A stretch of 64,000 nt of DNA from Raillietiella orientalis (taxonomy: Eukaryota). The position numbers and the translations under genes were made by a program. Under the pieces are notes generated by a model that saw nothing but the letters and a program-made list of their open reading frames with translations, had not been told where the DNA came from and did no database searches. Below are positions 62,600-64,000 of the stretch, piece after piece; the stretch's first letter is position 1, and each line of letters opens with the position of its first letter. The stretch covers positions 682,001 through 746,000 of the forward strand of contig JAYWIR010000001.1 of assembly GCA_036172245.1 (NCBI GenBank). The letters are read 5' to 3'.

Positions 62600-64000
62600 T
62601 TCCTCGGGTTCCTGGAACTCATTTCCCCACACCACGCTCATCAGGACCCCAGCGAGCCTATGTCACTCCTGGAGTCAGTGGAGGGCGAAATCATCCCCGA
62701 TGCATTTCGGGCTGGTGGCGCTTTCGGACCCAGAAAGGCCGCTGCTGCCATCCGGTCCCGGAGGAGAATTCCACTCTTCGGAAGTGGGTCCGAGTGGGAG
62801 AGGGTCGCGGTATCCCCTTTCTCTGCTCGCCGAGATGTGAGCGTCAAAGGAGGAAAGCGGCCCTGCTGCCCTTAGGGGACAAGAGGGGGTAGCCCCCAGA
62901 GACCCATGTGGACTTGTTGCTGAGTTCTCCCCCGAGGTCCGTCGCCGCAAGAATCGCTTCCTCAAAAGGCGACTGGACGCAGGGGTAAGGTCAGGCTCTT
63001 CTGGCGACGGTGACGGCGACGCTTCCGAGGGAAGCATCGGGGGTGCAACACAGCACCTGGACACTGCGACGACGCTCTAGGGGCATTTAAGGGGGGAGGG
63101 AGGAGGAGGGAGGAATTTTGAACCTCTGACCACAGGTGCCCACACCTCCCCTCGGGAACCGCTCCCTCGCAGCAAGATGGCAGCCATCTCTCCAGAAGGA
63201 CTCGCGCTTCGCGGACGAGGAAGGGCGGACCTGCGGAGCCGGAAGCTCCTCCTTTGCGGTGGACCGCCCTTTTCTTCCTTGGCGCCCTAGATGAGACGGA
63301 ACTTCCGAAGACGCCCGGTCGGCTCCACTCCCCCTCCGCGGAGATCGCTCTTCGCGCGCCGAGGCCTTGTCGCGTTCTGGCTCAAGGGGCTGCTTACCGC
63401 CCGCGTCCGCCTTGCCAGAGACGGAAGATTGGACGCACTTGCCGAGAGGTAGCCTCCGGGCAGCAGGGAACCGTAGGTGAGGCAGCCGGCGAATGGGTCA
63501 CCTCGCGAACGTAACGGCACGTGAGCGGAAGAGGGGAAAGGGGAGGGACAGTCCGCTGCTCCTCCTTTCCCACGGTCTCCCGAGTGTTTAGGGGCGTCCG
63601 CGTCCGAGGTCGGTCAGTCGAAGAGTCGATCCGCGAGCACACAGAGACTCATCTCCCTCCCCATCCTCCCTTCAACGGCGTCCCTTCCCCTTACTTCCGG
63701 TCCACATCTCTCCCGGTTTCTTTGTGGCGAGTGTTGCCTCCCGATGTCACGGTCGTCACTCTTCCGGCCACGGGCGCGTCCGCATCCTTCGACCTCGTCC
63801 GAGGCCAAATGCTGGGGCAAGCGCATCCCAAATGGACTGCCAGACCCATCCAAGGACGACGTCTCTTGTCGAGAAGGATTTCCGGGGAATCTTCGTGCCG
63901 CAGGCTGCCAAGAGACCCCCAGGGCGCGGCTGAGGGAATCCGTAGGTCCCCGATCTCCTCTTGCTCCGGGAGGGCGGCTGCGAGATCGCTCGAGACCCTG
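62600..64000 (+). mobile_element. Probable further relic running off the window
   Basis: VTPGVSG, IIPDAFRAGGAFGPRK (cf. IP.AW.....FIPK), RRIPL, FFLG. Confidence 0.4.

Noticed and set aside
30800-64000. Long ORFs of 200-430 aa in the ORF track as host genes
   Set aside because: They overlap in all six frames, are R/G/P/S- or low-complexity-rich as expected for stop-poor GC-rich DNA, and contain no intact domain.
30300-64000. rDNA spacer, bacterial contamination or CRISPR array as the explanation for the GC-rich block
   Set aside because: No rRNA or tRNA sequence, no operon-like intact ORFs, no regularly spaced repeats; long homopolymers are shared with the eukaryotic part.

Overview
Eukaryotic animal DNA with compact GT-AG introns of 36-50 nt. 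It looks nematode-like, but the taxon cannot be proven from this window. An AT-rich left half carries three spliced housekeeping genes on the minus strand: a single-RRM RBM4/lark-like RNA-binding protein, adenylosuccinate synthetase, and RBM25 (RRM+PWI). A small Dpy-30-motif ORF lies on the plus strand at ~30 kb. The hundreds of overlapping ORFs in the GC-elevated blocks (13.4-20.5 kb and 30.3-64 kb) are not genes. Read by eye across frameshifts, they give colinear, heavily decayed motifs of one family of restriction-like-endonuclease (RLE) non-LTR retrotransposons (NeSL/Utopia type: RT, CCHC knuckle, RLE). About 20 relics lie in both orientations, often tandem, and fill most intergenic space. 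They range from AT-rich to very GC/CpG-rich depending on position, share short near-identical patches that suggest gene conversion, and are punctuated by 150-320 bp polypurine/polypyrimidine tracts. All retroelement calls are manual motif matches against a remembered family consensus, have approximate boundaries, and need profile-search confirmation.
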